A stretch of 64,000 nt of DNA, from NCBI GenBank assembly GCA_963666565.1, contig OY762911.1:2240001-2304000 (forward strand). The letters run 5' to 3'. The notes under the pieces are model-generated. The model made no database searches, was not told the DNA's origin, and worked only from the letters and a program-made list of their open reading frames with translations. Of the stretch, positions 25,166 to 34,153 are shown in pieces. The position numbers and the translations under genes are program-made. The stretch comes from Thermoanaerobaculia bacterium (GTDB lineage Bacteria; Acidobacteriota; Thermoanaerobaculia; Multivoradales; Multivoraceae). Numbering within the stretch: position 1 is the stretch's first letter; the number at the start of each line of letters is the position of its first letter.

Positions 25166-26974
25166 TCAGGGCGCCCGCAGCGGCTGGCGGGCCCGGTAGA
25201 GGGCCAGCCGGTCGAGCCGCTGCGGCGAGTTGCCGCCGGCGGTCTGGCGCTCCTGCTCGAGCGCGCGCTCCTGCCAGAGCACGGCGTCGTCGAACCGCCC
25301 GGCCTCGGCGTAGGCCATCGCCAGCGTTTCCAGGTGGTCGAGCGCCGGCTGTTCGTCGACCACCGACCGCGCCAGTTCGACCGCCCGGACGCCGTCGCGC
25401 ACCGTCTCCTCCGGGCTCACCGCGAGCAGCCGCGCGAGCAGGTGGCGGGTAGCGACGTCGCCGGGGAAGCGCTCCAGCGTCTCGTCGAGGGCTCGGCGCG
25501 CCTCCGCGTAGCGGCCGGTCTCGAACAGCATGAGCCCGAGATTGAACCGCGCCTGCAGGTCGTCCGGCGTCAGCGCCACGAGGGCCTGCAACTGGACGGC
25601 CGCCTCCTCTGCGCGGCCCGTGCCGACGAGCAGGGCGGCGAGCGTGCGCCGCACCTCGATCGTCCCGGGGTTCGCGGCGACGATCTGCCGGAGCTCGTCG
25701 ATTGCGCCGGCGGCGTTGCCGGAGCGCGCCCGCGCTTCCGCCCGCTGCCGCCGCCAGTGCAGGTTCTCCGGCATCAGGTCGGCCGCCCGCTCCAGGTGCG
25801 CCGCGCCCTCCGTTGCGCGGCCGGCGCGGTTCAGGAACATCGCGAGGGCGTAGTGCGCCGGACCGTGTTCCGGGTCGAGCTCGATCGTCCGGCGCAGATG
25901 CCGTTCGCCGCGCTCGTTCTCGCCGAGAACCAGCAGCGAGCCGGCGAGGCGGAAGTGAGCTTCTTCGTCGGTCTCGTCGGCCGCGAGGATCTCCTCGTAC
26001 AGCGCGACCGCCCGCTCGTGGTCGCCCTCCGCGGCCGCGGCGACGGCGCGGTCGAGCGGCAGCACGACGTCCTCCTCGAGAGGCCGCAGCCGCTCGATCA
26101 GCGGGTCGTACATCGGGATCAGGACGTCCCGGTTCAGCCGCCAGGCCTCGGCGGCGCGGTCGGCGTCGCCCAGGGCGCGGTAGGCGAGGCCGACGTGGTG
26201 GTTCGCCTCGCTGCCCTCGGGCTGGGACGCCGCGACTTCCTGGAAGATCTCGAGCGCCCGCGTCGGGTCGCCCCGCTCGAGCGCGATGTAGCCAAGCCCG
26301 ACGCGGGCGGTCGCGCTCTCGGGATAGGCGGCGACCGCCGCCTCGTAGGCGGCCGCCGCGGCGTCGACCTCGCCGGCGGCGATCAGGAGTTCGGCATGGC
26401 GGATCAGGGTCGGCGGATCGTCCGGCCGGATGGCGAGCGCATCCTCAGCGCTCGCGCGCGCCGCTTCCAGGTCGCCGGTCGCGATGTGGAGCAGCAGCTT
26501 GAAGTAGGCCCACTGGAAGTCCGCCGGCGCGAGTTGCCGGAGCTGGTCCAGGCAGGCCGCTGCCGCGTCGTGAAGCTCGTAGTGCAGGTAGCGCGAGCAG
26601 AGATCGCCGAAGGTGTTCGCCGCCAACTGCGCCTGCATCGGCTCGGCGGCATGTTGCAGCGCCCCGGCCGTCAACGTCCGGTAGTCCCGAAGCCGCTGCG
26701 CGTCGACGGCGGGCACCTGAGACAGATCCGGCGCCGGCATCTGATCGAGGTCGAGCGTCTCCTTGACGCGGCGGATCTCCAGGAGTTCGGCGAAGTCCTG
26801 GCCGGGTGCGGGCAAAGACGCAGCGAACAGCGCCGCCCCCATGACCAGGCTCGCGTGCCGGACGCTACGAACTCCCGGTCGCCGCTCGACCGGCCTCCTT
26901 GAGGAACTCACCGCTTCTGGAGACGAGCGTACTGATCGGTCGGGAGAGAAGACGTGGCTGTGAACCGAGTTCAC
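25166..26974 (-). CDS. Exported TPR-repeat protein (true start probably downstream, near 26842-26875)
   Basis: Multiple TPR helices; C-terminal RDGVRAVELAR..LETLAMAYAEAGRFDDAV resembles the tail of the 3998-6466 ORF. Confidence 0.82.
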   Translation of the reverse strand: MNSVHSHVFSPDRSVRSSPEAVSSSRRPVERRPGVRSVRHASLVMGAALFAASLPAPGQDFAELLEIRRVKETLDLDQMPAPDLSQVPAVDAQRLRDYRTLTAGALQHAAEPMQAQLAANTFGDLCSRYLHYELHDAAAACLDQLRQLAPADFQWAYFKLLLHIATGDLEAARASAEDALAIRPDDPPTLIRHAELLIAAGEVDAAAAAYEAAVAAYPESATARVGLGYIALERGDPTRALEIFQEVAASQPEGSEANHHVGLAYRALGDADRAAEAWRLNRDVLIPMYDPLIERLRPLEEDVVLPLDRAVAAAAEGDHERAVALYEEILAADETDEEAHFRLAGSLLVLGENERGERHLRRTIELDPEHGPAHYALAMFLNRAGRATEGAAHLERAADLMPENLHWRRQRAEARARSGNAAGAIDELRQIVAANPGTIEVRRTLAALLVGTGRAEEAAVQLQALVALTPDDLQARFNLGLMLFETGRYAEARRALDETLERFPGDVATRHLLARLLAVSPEETVRDGVRAVELARSVVDEQPALDHLETLAMAYAEAGRFDDAVLWQERALEQERQTAGGNSPQRLDRLALYRARQPLRAP

Positions 26975-27393
26975 CGTTCAAGGGTCGCCGGGATCTCGCT
27001 TCCTTGGAGACCCTTCGCCAGCAGGTACTGCCGGATGCGGTTGAGAAACGCGGTTGCCCGGTCGTACTCGTCCTGAGCGTCCTCGCTGCTGAAGTGTGCG
27101 AAGACGTTGTAGTCGGCCCGGATCCGATCGTCGAGACCCTCGCTGAGTTCGCTGGCCCAATGCGGCTCGATCTCTCCGGTCTTCACCAGATGGAGGCCGA
27201 ACATGCTGCGTACGCCGGTATGGGTGGACGTCTCGACCTCGGGAACTGCGAGGGCTGCCTTGGCCGCGTGGAAGATCGAGTAGTAGCACCTGGCTATCGC
27301 ATCCTCAACGTGGCCGGTTTCCAAGAGCACCCGAGAGGCGCCCAGGGCCGCCAGCGCGCGTTGCCACTCGGCGCCGATGAGTCTGCGGTTCAA
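26971..27393 (-). CDS. HEPN domain protein (toxin of an MNT-HEPN pair)
   Basis: DAIARCYYSIFHAAKAAL...THTGV...RIRADY; TTG start overlaps the MNT stop. Confidence 0.85.
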   Translation of the reverse strand: MNRRLIGAEWQRALAALGASRVLLETGHVEDAIARCYYSIFHAAKAALAVPEVETSTHTGVRSMFGLHLVKTGEIEPHWASELSEGLDDRIRADYNVFAHFSSEDAQDEYDRATAFLNRIRQYLLAKGLQGSEIPATLER

Positions 27394-27725
27394 AGGACGG
27401 GCACTCCTTCCCGCTCGACGGCGGCCCGGTAGGGGGAACGGAGACCTCTCAGCGATTCCCACTCGCCCTCCGTGTACGCCTGGATCGAGGGAGCCATGGC
27501 GGAGGTGGCGGCCATGGTGTAGCCGAGCCGGCGGAGAGGCCGCATCAGATCGGCGGCGTCGTCCCGGACGATGAGCAGGAGATCGATGTCGCTCTCATCG
27601 TGTGCGTCGCCGCGGGCTTTGGAGCCGTACACGACCAGACGCCGCACGGCGTCGGCGTGCTCGCGCTTCAGCGCCTCGCGGTACCCGTCGAGCCAAGCCT
27701 GTTCTTCGGGATGGAGCGTGAGCAT
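27390..27725 (-). CDS. Minimal nucleotidyltransferase (MNT antitoxin)
   Basis: VVYGSKARGDAHDESDIDLLLIV (GSx10DxD); ATG 27725. Confidence 0.88.
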   Translation of the reverse strand: MLTLHPEEQAWLDGYREALKREHADAVRRLVVYGSKARGDAHDESDIDLLLIVRDDAADLMRPLRRLGYTMAATSAMAPSIQAYTEGEWESLRGLRSPYRAAVEREGVPVL

Positions 27726-27811
27726 GGTCTTCGTCCTTGCTTCGCCGTCTGGCGAGCCTTGCGCGGCCGATTCTACTTGGGGCTCGCCGGGAGTCCGTGG
27801 TCTCCGACAGC

Positions 27812-28210
27812 TCAGACCTGCTGGTGGAAGTAGTAGCAGAGCCCGTCCGGCGCGACGACGAAGAAGACCCGGAACTTCTTGCCGTCCCGCTTGTCGATGC
27901 GCCAGTTCCTGGCCTTGACGCCGTTGCTCTTCAACTCGGCTCGCGCGCGCTTGATGTCCGTAACCAGGATCGCGGCGCCGTCCATGCTGGCGTCGCCGCC
28001 GTTGATCGCGAAGCCGATGCGGACGCCGTCGCGCTCCAGGATGACGGTCGGCACCGGCTCGTCGCGCCGCTCGGTTTCCTCCATGCCGAAGGCGTCTGCG
28101 TACCACTGTGCGGTCGCGTCCAGGTCCTCGACCGGCAGGGCCAGCACGTCGTCCTGGAACGGGTAGGCGGCCTCGAACAGCTTCACGAAGTCGAGCCTAT
28201 CGACTGCCAT
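27812..28210 (-). CDS. VOC/glyoxalase family protein
   Basis: [19 protein letters not shown]...[13 protein letters not shown]. Confidence 0.8.
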   Translation of the reverse strand: MAVDRLDFVKLFEAAYPFQDDVLALPVEDLDATAQWYADAFGMEETERRDEPVPTVILERDGVRIGFAINGGDASMDGAAILVTDIKRARAELKSNGVKARNWRIDKRDGKKFRVFFVVAPDGLCYYFHQQV

Positions 28211-28295
28211 CCGGGAACGCGGTCATGCCGGCCGCAGCCGGCGGAACGCGCCGGCCTTGCGCCGGGCGGCGCGGGTCGTGGAATCATCAGCCGCC

Positions 28296-28685
28296 ATGGA
28301 CCGCGAAGCTCTCGACCGCGCCCGGCACAAGGCGGAGGCCATCGGCATCGCCAACGTGCGGCGGCACATCTTCCTCTGCTGCGACCAGACGAAGCCGAAG
28401 TGCTGCGACCGTGAGCTGTCGCTCGAGTCCTGGGCCTTCCTCAAGCGCCGGCTCGTCGAGACCGGCCTCACCGAGTCCGGGACGGTGATGCGGACGAAGG
28501 CGAACTGCCTCCGCATCTGCGACGCCGGCCCGGTCGCCGTCGTCTATCCCGAGGGAGTCTGGTACTGGGGCTGCACCCCCGAAGTCCTGGAACGGGTGAT
28601 CCAGGAGCACCTGATCGGCGGCCGGGTGGTGGCGGAGCAGGTGATCGCCGGTCAGGCGCCCCGGCCCGCTCCGCCGGCCGATTGA
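28296..28685 (+). CDS. Thioredoxin-like [2Fe-2S] ferredoxin
   Basis: [15 protein letters not shown]...[25 protein letters not shown]. Confidence 0.9.
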   Translation: MDREALDRARHKAEAIGIANVRRHIFLCCDQTKPKCCDRELSLESWAFLKRRLVETGLTESGTVMRTKANCLRICDAGPVAVVYPEGVWYWGCTPEVLERVIQEHLIGGRVVAEQVIAGQAPRPAPPAD

Positions 28686-28727
28686 GGCGTACTGGTGCGG
28701 TCGATCTCCAGTCAGGCCGCAAGGGCT

Positions 28728-28865
28728 ACTTGTAGCAGTCTGCCCTACTTTTTCTTGAATCGCTAAAAGCTGGGCAACTTCCTATAAGTGACCCGCAACC
28801 CCACAACTTGTAGCAGTCTGTCCCGCTTTTTCCCGAATCGCTAAAAGCTGGACAACTTCCTATAA
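28728..28865 (+). repeat. Two ~60-bp AT-rich direct repeats (period 78) ending in a -10 box; probable duplicated promoter
   Basis: ACTTGTAGCAGTCTG...GAATCGCTAAAAGCTGG.CAACTTCCTATAA at 28728-28787 and 28806-28865; TATAAT 28861-28866 lies 6 nt before ATG 28873. Confidence 0.8.
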
Positions 28866-28872
28866 TCGACCG

Positions 28873-30063
28873 ATGGACCCGACTCGCAACCCGTACAGCC
28901 CTGGCGCCGGAAGCCCTCCGCCGGCCCTTGTAGGCCGCGGCGCCGAGCTTGAGGCGGTCCGCATCGCCATCGAGCGGCTTCGGCTCGGCCGTTCGGCCAG
29001 GAGCATGGTCCTGACCGGCCTTCGCGGGGTCGGCAAGACGGTCCTCCTGCAGGAGTTCCGCCGGTTGGGGCAAGGGAGGAGTTGGGTCTGCCGACCGCTT
29101 GAGGCTGGCCGTGGAATGAGCCTTCCCAACGCCATGGCCGACCTGGTTCGCAAGGTGCTCTTGCGTCTTTCGCCGGCTCACGACCTGGCCGACCGCGTTC
29201 GCCGGGCGCTCGGAGTGCTCAAGTCGTTCCAGATGAGGTGGAACCTCCCGGATGGAAGCGATCTGACCGTCGGCCTCGATTCCGTGCCCGGATGGGCGGA
29301 TTCCGGGCTCCTGGACGAGGATCTGGCCGGTCTCTTCACCGAAGTCGGCGAGGCCGCCCGGGATCGAGGCCGCGGCGTGCTGGTCACGCTCGACGAGGTT
29401 CAGTATCTGAAGAGGGAGGACCTGGGCGCGCTGATCGTCGGCTTGCACCAGATCAGTCAGAACCAGTTGCCGTTTCTTCTGATCGCGGCCGGCCTGCCGT
29501 CGGTGCCGGCGCTTGCCGCCGAGGCCAGGTCCTATGCCGAGCGTCTGTTCGACTTCTGGACGATCAACAGTCTCGGCGACGACGATGTCAGAGAGGCCTT
29601 GGTGACGCCGGCAGAGCAGGAGGGAGTAGTCTGGGAGGACGAGGCGCTGGACCGGATCGTCGCCAGAACGGAGGGCTACCCCTACTTCGTCCAGGAGTTC
29701 GGCAAGCAGTCATGGGACGTGGCCGAAGGCGCCGACAGGATCACTGCCACCGATGTCGACGCGGGCGTTCCGCTCGCGGTCGACGAGTTGGACACGGGGT
29801 TCTTTCGGGTCCGGGTCGACGGGACGAGCGACGCGGAACGTGAGTACCTGGCCGCCATGGCTTCTCTGGGAAAGGGACCCCATGCTTCCGGCCGGGTTGC
29901 CGCGGCGATGGGGAAGGACACGCCGGGCGTGGGAGCCTTGCGCCACAAGTTGATCGCGAAAGGGCTCTGCTACTCGCCCCGGTACGGCGAGATCGACTTC
30001 ACCGTGCCCCTGTTCGACGACTTCGTGCGACGCCGCCTGCGCCCGCTGACCGAACCGGATTGA
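28873..30063 (+). CDS. AAA_16-type P-loop ATPase with C-terminal winged helix
   Basis: NPYSPGAGSPPPALVGR, Walker A GLRGVGKT, Walker B VTLDEVQ, TEGYPYFVQ, FTVPLFDDF. Confidence 0.88.
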   Translation: MDPTRNPYSPGAGSPPPALVGRGAELEAVRIAIERLRLGRSARSMVLTGLRGVGKTVLLQEFRRLGQGRSWVCRPLEAGRGMSLPNAMADLVRKVLLRLSPAHDLADRVRRALGVLKSFQMRWNLPDGSDLTVGLDSVPGWADSGLLDEDLAGLFTEVGEAARDRGRGVLVTLDEVQYLKREDLGALIVGLHQISQNQLPFLLIAAGLPSVPALAAEARSYAERLFDFWTINSLGDDDVREALVTPAEQEGVVWEDEALDRIVARTEGYPYFVQEFGKQSWDVAEGADRITATDVDAGVPLAVDELDTGFFRVRVDGTSDAEREYLAAMASLGKGPHASGRVAAAMGKDTPGVGALRHKLIAKGLCYSPRYGEIDFTVPLFDDFVRRRLRPLTEPD

Positions 30064-30107
30064 GGCGATCGTCGGACGCCGAGGCGGGCGCTTCGTCTGT
30101 CCTCGTT

Positions 30108-31745
30108 TCAGTCGTACACCCCGTCCGCGAACCAGCGCTCCGACGTCCGGTCCCGGTAGATCCGGCACACCGCGCCGCTTCGCAGTTCCACGTCCCAGTA
30201 GTCCCGCAGCGCCGGCGCCTTTCGCCACCAACCCTCTTCGATCTCCCAGGGACCGGCGGCGACGCGGACCGCGCCCTCGATGCGGACGTGGCGCTCCTCG
30301 GTGGGCAGGGGATTGATCCGCACCGGCGCCGGGCAGGGCGCGCGGTCCTCGTCCTCGGCGGTCAGCACCTCGACCTCGACCGGCGGCCGCAGGGTACGCA
30401 CCGCCAGCAAGCCGCGGCCGGGCCGGGGTTCGAGTCGGATGCGGGGCGGCGGAGGCGGATCGTAGTCGGCCAGCCGGAAACGTTCCGGCAGGTGGCCGTT
30501 CCGGGTACGCGGCGAGCCGACCCGGTTCGGGCCGAGCAGGGCGAGCAGTCGGGCGGTGACGGCGGCCAGACGGTCGGGCGACAGGGCGGCCGGGCCGAGC
30601 AGGCTGAGCTGGATCTCTCGCGGAACGTCGGGATGGGCGAGCAGTTGCATGGACGTGATCGGCGCCCGCGGCGGCTCTCCCTCCAGGTGGAGGCGGACGA
30701 GCGACAGCAGCGTCCGCGCCTCGCGGGTGGGCGCCGGCAGTTCGATGGCCAGTTCGTGGAGGCCCTCGGGTTCGAGCTTGAGCGACAGTTCGAGCCGCTT
30801 GCAGCCCATGCCACGGGCGTCGAGCCGGGCCGTCAGGCGGGAGGCGGCGCCGCGGGCGGCGAACAGGAACGGTTCCAGGTTGTCGATCGGCCACTCGAAG
30901 GTCTGCGCCTCGCGGAAGGCGGGCGGTGGCGGACGGGGCGTTAGCGGCGCCGGGTCGAACCCCCGGGCAGCGGCGTGCAGCGCCGCGCCGCGCTCGCCGA
31001 GCCGGCTGTGGACCTCGCCCGCGGGCAGGCCGGCCAGATCGCCGACCGTGCGCAGGCCCCAGAGCTTCAGCGTGTGGAAAATCTCTTCGTCGTCGCCGTC
31101 CCGCGCCCCGGGAACGCGGGCGTCCTGCCCGCCCCGGGAGCGCTTCGGCGCGTGGAGGCTCTCCCGGCCGACCGCCGCCGCGCTGCCGGAACCGCCGCCG
31201 CCGCGCTTGAACAGGGACTCGAGCAGCAACGGCGCCAGGAACCGGGCCTCGCCGCGGGGCGCCACGACGTTCGGCGACCGCGGCAGGGCGGCCGCGGCCC
31301 GCGCCGCCAGCTTGCTGCCGGCGATGCCGACCCGGCCGGGGAGGCCGGCGGCGTCCATGTCCCGCATGATCGACTGGCCGAGGCCGTGCTCGTCGCCGTC
31401 GACGCCGGCCAGGTCGAGGTAGACCATGCCTTCGCCGGCGTCTTCCACCCGGGGTGAGAAGCCGCCGGCGATCTCGAGCAGCACCTCCTGCGCGGTGCGC
31501 TCGCGCTCCGGGTCGCGGACGCGGTCGACCAGGCCGGACTCGATGTTGCGGGCCTGGGCCACGGTCAGCCCCGGCCGCACCCCCGCGCGCCGCGCCAGCC
31601 GGGAAGCGGCGACGATCCGCGCCGACGGACCTTCGTGGACCACGACCGCCTCGCGGACGAGTTCCGGCGCCCCGCGCAGGTAGGCGGCGAGAGGAAACAA
31701 CGCCGCCCTCATGCAGGCGATGCGCGCCTTGCGCTCAGTCGGCAT
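30108..31745 (-). CDS. imuB: ImuB-like inactive Y-family polymerase
   Basis: ARRAGVRPGLTVAQAR, FSPRVED...VYLDLAG, GLRTVGDLAGL, C-terminal GPWEIEEGWW...RDYWDVEL...RIYRD..WFADGVYD. Confidence 0.88.
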   Translation of the reverse strand: MPTERKARIACMRAALFPLAAYLRGAPELVREAVVVHEGPSARIVAASRLARRAGVRPGLTVAQARNIESGLVDRVRDPERERTAQEVLLEIAGGFSPRVEDAGEGMVYLDLAGVDGDEHGLGQSIMRDMDAAGLPGRVGIAGSKLAARAAAALPRSPNVVAPRGEARFLAPLLLESLFKRGGGGSGSAAAVGRESLHAPKRSRGGQDARVPGARDGDDEEIFHTLKLWGLRTVGDLAGLPAGEVHSRLGERGAALHAAARGFDPAPLTPRPPPPAFREAQTFEWPIDNLEPFLFAARGAASRLTARLDARGMGCKRLELSLKLEPEGLHELAIELPAPTREARTLLSLVRLHLEGEPPRAPITSMQLLAHPDVPREIQLSLLGPAALSPDRLAAVTARLLALLGPNRVGSPRTRNGHLPERFRLADYDPPPPPRIRLEPRPGRGLLAVRTLRPPVEVEVLTAEDEDRAPCPAPVRINPLPTEERHVRIEGAVRVAAGPWEIEEGWWRKAPALRDYWDVELRSGAVCRIYRDRTSERWFADGVYD

Positions 31746-31921
31746 GATGCGGTCCGCGGCCGCAGGCGGCCGACGAGCAGTGATCCTCGGCCGCCCTCAT
31801 GCAGGCGATGCGCGCCTTGCGCTCAGTCGGCATGATGCGGTCCGCGGCCGCAGGCGGCCGACGAGCAGCGATCCTCGGCCGCCCTCATGCAGGCGATGCG
31901 GGACTTGCGCTCAGCCGGCAC
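31702..31921 (-). repeat. 88-bp tandem repeat (~2.5 copies) spanning the imuA stop and imuB start
   Basis: GCCGCCCTCATGCAGGCGATGCG... begins at 31702, 31790 and 31878. Confidence 0.9.
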
Positions 31922-32831
31922 GGCGCAGAACCTCGACTGGCGTGCCGGCGGCGCGGCGGTTCTCTGTCCGGTGAGCTGGCGCGTCGGGCAGGGGACGCCG
32001 CAGGCTGCTGGTGAGAACGCGCAGTTCGATGTCGGCCGCGGTCCCCGGCCGTTCGCCGCGCGACTTGGCGAGTTCGAGCCGGGTCGCGAGCCCGTCGAGC
32101 AGGCGCGGGCTCCTCGGCGCCGCTCGCGCCCAGAGTGCGCCGCTTCTCGCGAAACGCGTCGTCCGCGGCCCGTCGACCGCGCCGCCAGCCGCATCCCCCG
32201 GGAACGCGGGCGCCCTGCCCGCGTTCCGTGCCGCCGACGCTCGGGCGTCCAGGTCGAGAACCTTCTGCGGCGCCGTGCCGCCGGCGCGGTACGGCGTCGC
32301 GATCAGCAGCGCCGCCCGGTGGTCTTCCGCCGCCCGCCGCAGCCGCAGCCACGCCGACTCCTTGCCGCGGCCGCCGGGGACCGGTGGCAGACCGAGGTCG
32401 AGCACGACCAGGGGGAAGCCGCCGCCGATCAGCACCTCCGCGCTGCCCAGCGCCTGCTTCAGCCGTTCGGGCCGCGCCCAGAGCAGCCGTTCGAGGTCGA
32501 CTCCGGCGCGCGCCGCCGCCTGCGGATCGAAGTGATCCCCCAGGTCGATCAGCGCCGCCGACTCGCCGCTCCGGGTGGCGCCGGCCAAAAGCGCCATCAC
32601 CAGGGAGAAACGGCCGCTGCTCCGGGGGCCGACCAGTTCGACCGTCTGCCCGCGGCCGATGCCGCCGCCGAGCAGCCGGTCGACGCCGGCAAGCCGCGTG
32701 GCGAAGACGCCGGTGTCCACTTCCCGGCACCCGGCCGGGCCGCCGTCCACCAGATCCCGCCCGCGCCGGATCTGGCGCACCAGGGACCGCGGCCACTGCG
32801 GGTCGGCGAGAGCTGCGGGCAGGGAAGTCAC
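31911..32831 (-). CDS. imuA: ImuA/RecA-like mutagenesis protein
   Basis: TRLAGVDRLLGGGIGRGQTVELVGPRSSGRFSL (degenerate Walker A), FDPQAAARAGVDLERLLWAR, LVVLDL; directly upstream of imuB. Confidence 0.8.
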   Translation of the reverse strand: MTSLPAALADPQWPRSLVRQIRRGRDLVDGGPAGCREVDTGVFATRLAGVDRLLGGGIGRGQTVELVGPRSSGRFSLVMALLAGATRSGESAALIDLGDHFDPQAAARAGVDLERLLWARPERLKQALGSAEVLIGGGFPLVVLDLGLPPVPGGRGKESAWLRLRRAAEDHRAALLIATPYRAGGTAPQKVLDLDARASAARNAGRAPAFPGDAAGGAVDGPRTTRFARSGALWARAAPRSPRLLDGLATRLELAKSRGERPGTAADIELRVLTSSLRRPLPDAPAHRTENRRAAGTPVEVLRRAG

Positions 32832-33053
32832 GGCGCCGAGAGCGGAACGAGAGAGCGGAAACGGGAAAACGGGAAGGGACCATCATAGCGCAACTAGGGC
32901 GTAAACGGGAGTCTGCATGCTGCCGTGTCGCCGCCGTGAGCGGCGAAGCAAGATGGCAGCCAGCCTCCCTTATTGAAACTTCGGGCCGAACCTTGAATAA
33001 GCCGAACCCCTATTCAGAGTTCCTGCACATGCCCCTTGCGGCCCGGAGCGCGT

Positions 33054-33485
33054 TCAGCGAAGCCGCTGGAGGAACCACCAGTGGTGGCCCTCCGGGTCGC
33101 GGGCGCCGTAGTTCCGGTCGACCCAGTAGCCCTCGCCGTAGTCCTGCGTCATCGGCTCGACCGCGATGACGGCGCCCGCCGCCCGCGCCCGCTCGCAGTG
33201 CGCGTCGGCGTCGTCGACGTACACGGCCAGGGACTGCGTGTTCGCGCCGCCGAGCGCCCGTGGCGACTGCCGGTACGCACGGTCCGGTTGCAGGCCCGTC
33301 TGCCCGACCATGACGAGGCCGCCGTTCAGCACGAGCTGCGAATGGACGACGCGCCCCTCGTCGTCCTCGACCCGCTCCCGCACCTCGAAGCCGAAGGCGC
33401 GAACCAGCCAGTCGATCGCGGCCGCCGCGTCGTCGTAGAAGAGGGAGGACGAGATTCTCGGCCAGCCTTCGGGCGGTTTCTTCAT
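33054..33485 (-). CDS. VOC family (PhnB-like) protein
   Basis: LFYDDAAAAIDWLVRAFGF...VYVDDADAHCERARAAGA...RDPEGHHWWF. Confidence 0.88.
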   Translation of the reverse strand: MKKPPEGWPRISSSLFYDDAAAAIDWLVRAFGFEVRERVEDDEGRVVHSQLVLNGGLVMVGQTGLQPDRAYRQSPRALGGANTQSLAVYVDDADAHCERARAAGAVIAVEPMTQDYGEGYWVDRNYGARDPEGHHWWFLQRLR

Positions 33486-33514
33486 GGAGTTCTCCAGGTC
33501 GTGTCCTGTCGCGG

Positions 33515-34153
33515 CTAGTCGAGTTCAAGGACCTCGCCGTCGCGCAGAACGAGCGAGCGGTCGGCGAGGTCCGCCAGCGCTCCGGCTTCGTGGGTTGCGA
33601 CGAGCGCCAGGCCGCCGTCTTCCCGGAGATCTTCGAGCCACCCGCGGATGCGGCCTCGCCAGTGTTCGTCCATCGCGTCCAGCGGCTCGTCCAGGATCGC
33701 CGTTCGCGGCGTTCCGATCCAGGCGGCCGCGAGCAGGACCCGGCGGCGCTGGCCCCGGGACAGCTCGCGGATGGAGAGGTCCGCTTCCGCCTCCAGATCC
33801 GTTTCGGCCAGCACTTCCTCGACGCGCCCCGGCGGCTGCGACCTCAGCCGGCAGACGAGGCGCAGGACCTCGCGAACGCTGGCGAACGGCGTGACGTCGG
33901 GCTCTTGGGGGAGGAACGCCAGGTCGGAGCGGGCTGCGACCTCCTGGCGCCACAGGTCGGCGCCGTTCACGAGGACTCGCCCCACGTCCGGTTTCTCCAC
34001 TCCGGCCGCGAGCTTGAGCAGCGTCGTCTTGCCGGCGCCGTTCTCGCCCTGGAGCAGGGTCACGCCGCTCGCGACCTCCAGGTTCAGGTCCGTGAAGATG
34101 CGGGCGCGGTCGTCGTAGGCGAAGGCGACGCCCTCCATTCGCAGGCGCGGCAT
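33515..34153 (-). CDS. ABC transporter ATP-binding protein
   Basis: GENGAGKTT, LSRGQRRR, ILDEP, ATH; ATG 34153 overlaps the upstream stop (TGATG). Confidence 0.9.
   Translation of the reverse strand: MPRLRMEGVAFAYDDRARIFTDLNLEVASGVTLLQGENGAGKTTLLKLAAGVEKPDVGRVLVNGADLWRQEVAARSDLAFLPQEPDVTPFASVREVLRLVCRLRSQPPGRVEEVLAETDLEAEADLSIRELSRGQRRRVLLAAAWIGTPRTAILDEPLDAMDEHWRGRIRGWLEDLREDGGLALVATHEAGALADLADRSLVLRDGEVLELD

Noticed and set aside
28728-28865. Possible CRISPR array (also considered for the 88-bp, 72-bp and REP repeats)
   Set aside because: Only 2-3 units, repeats too long, no unique spacers of regular length and no cas genes.
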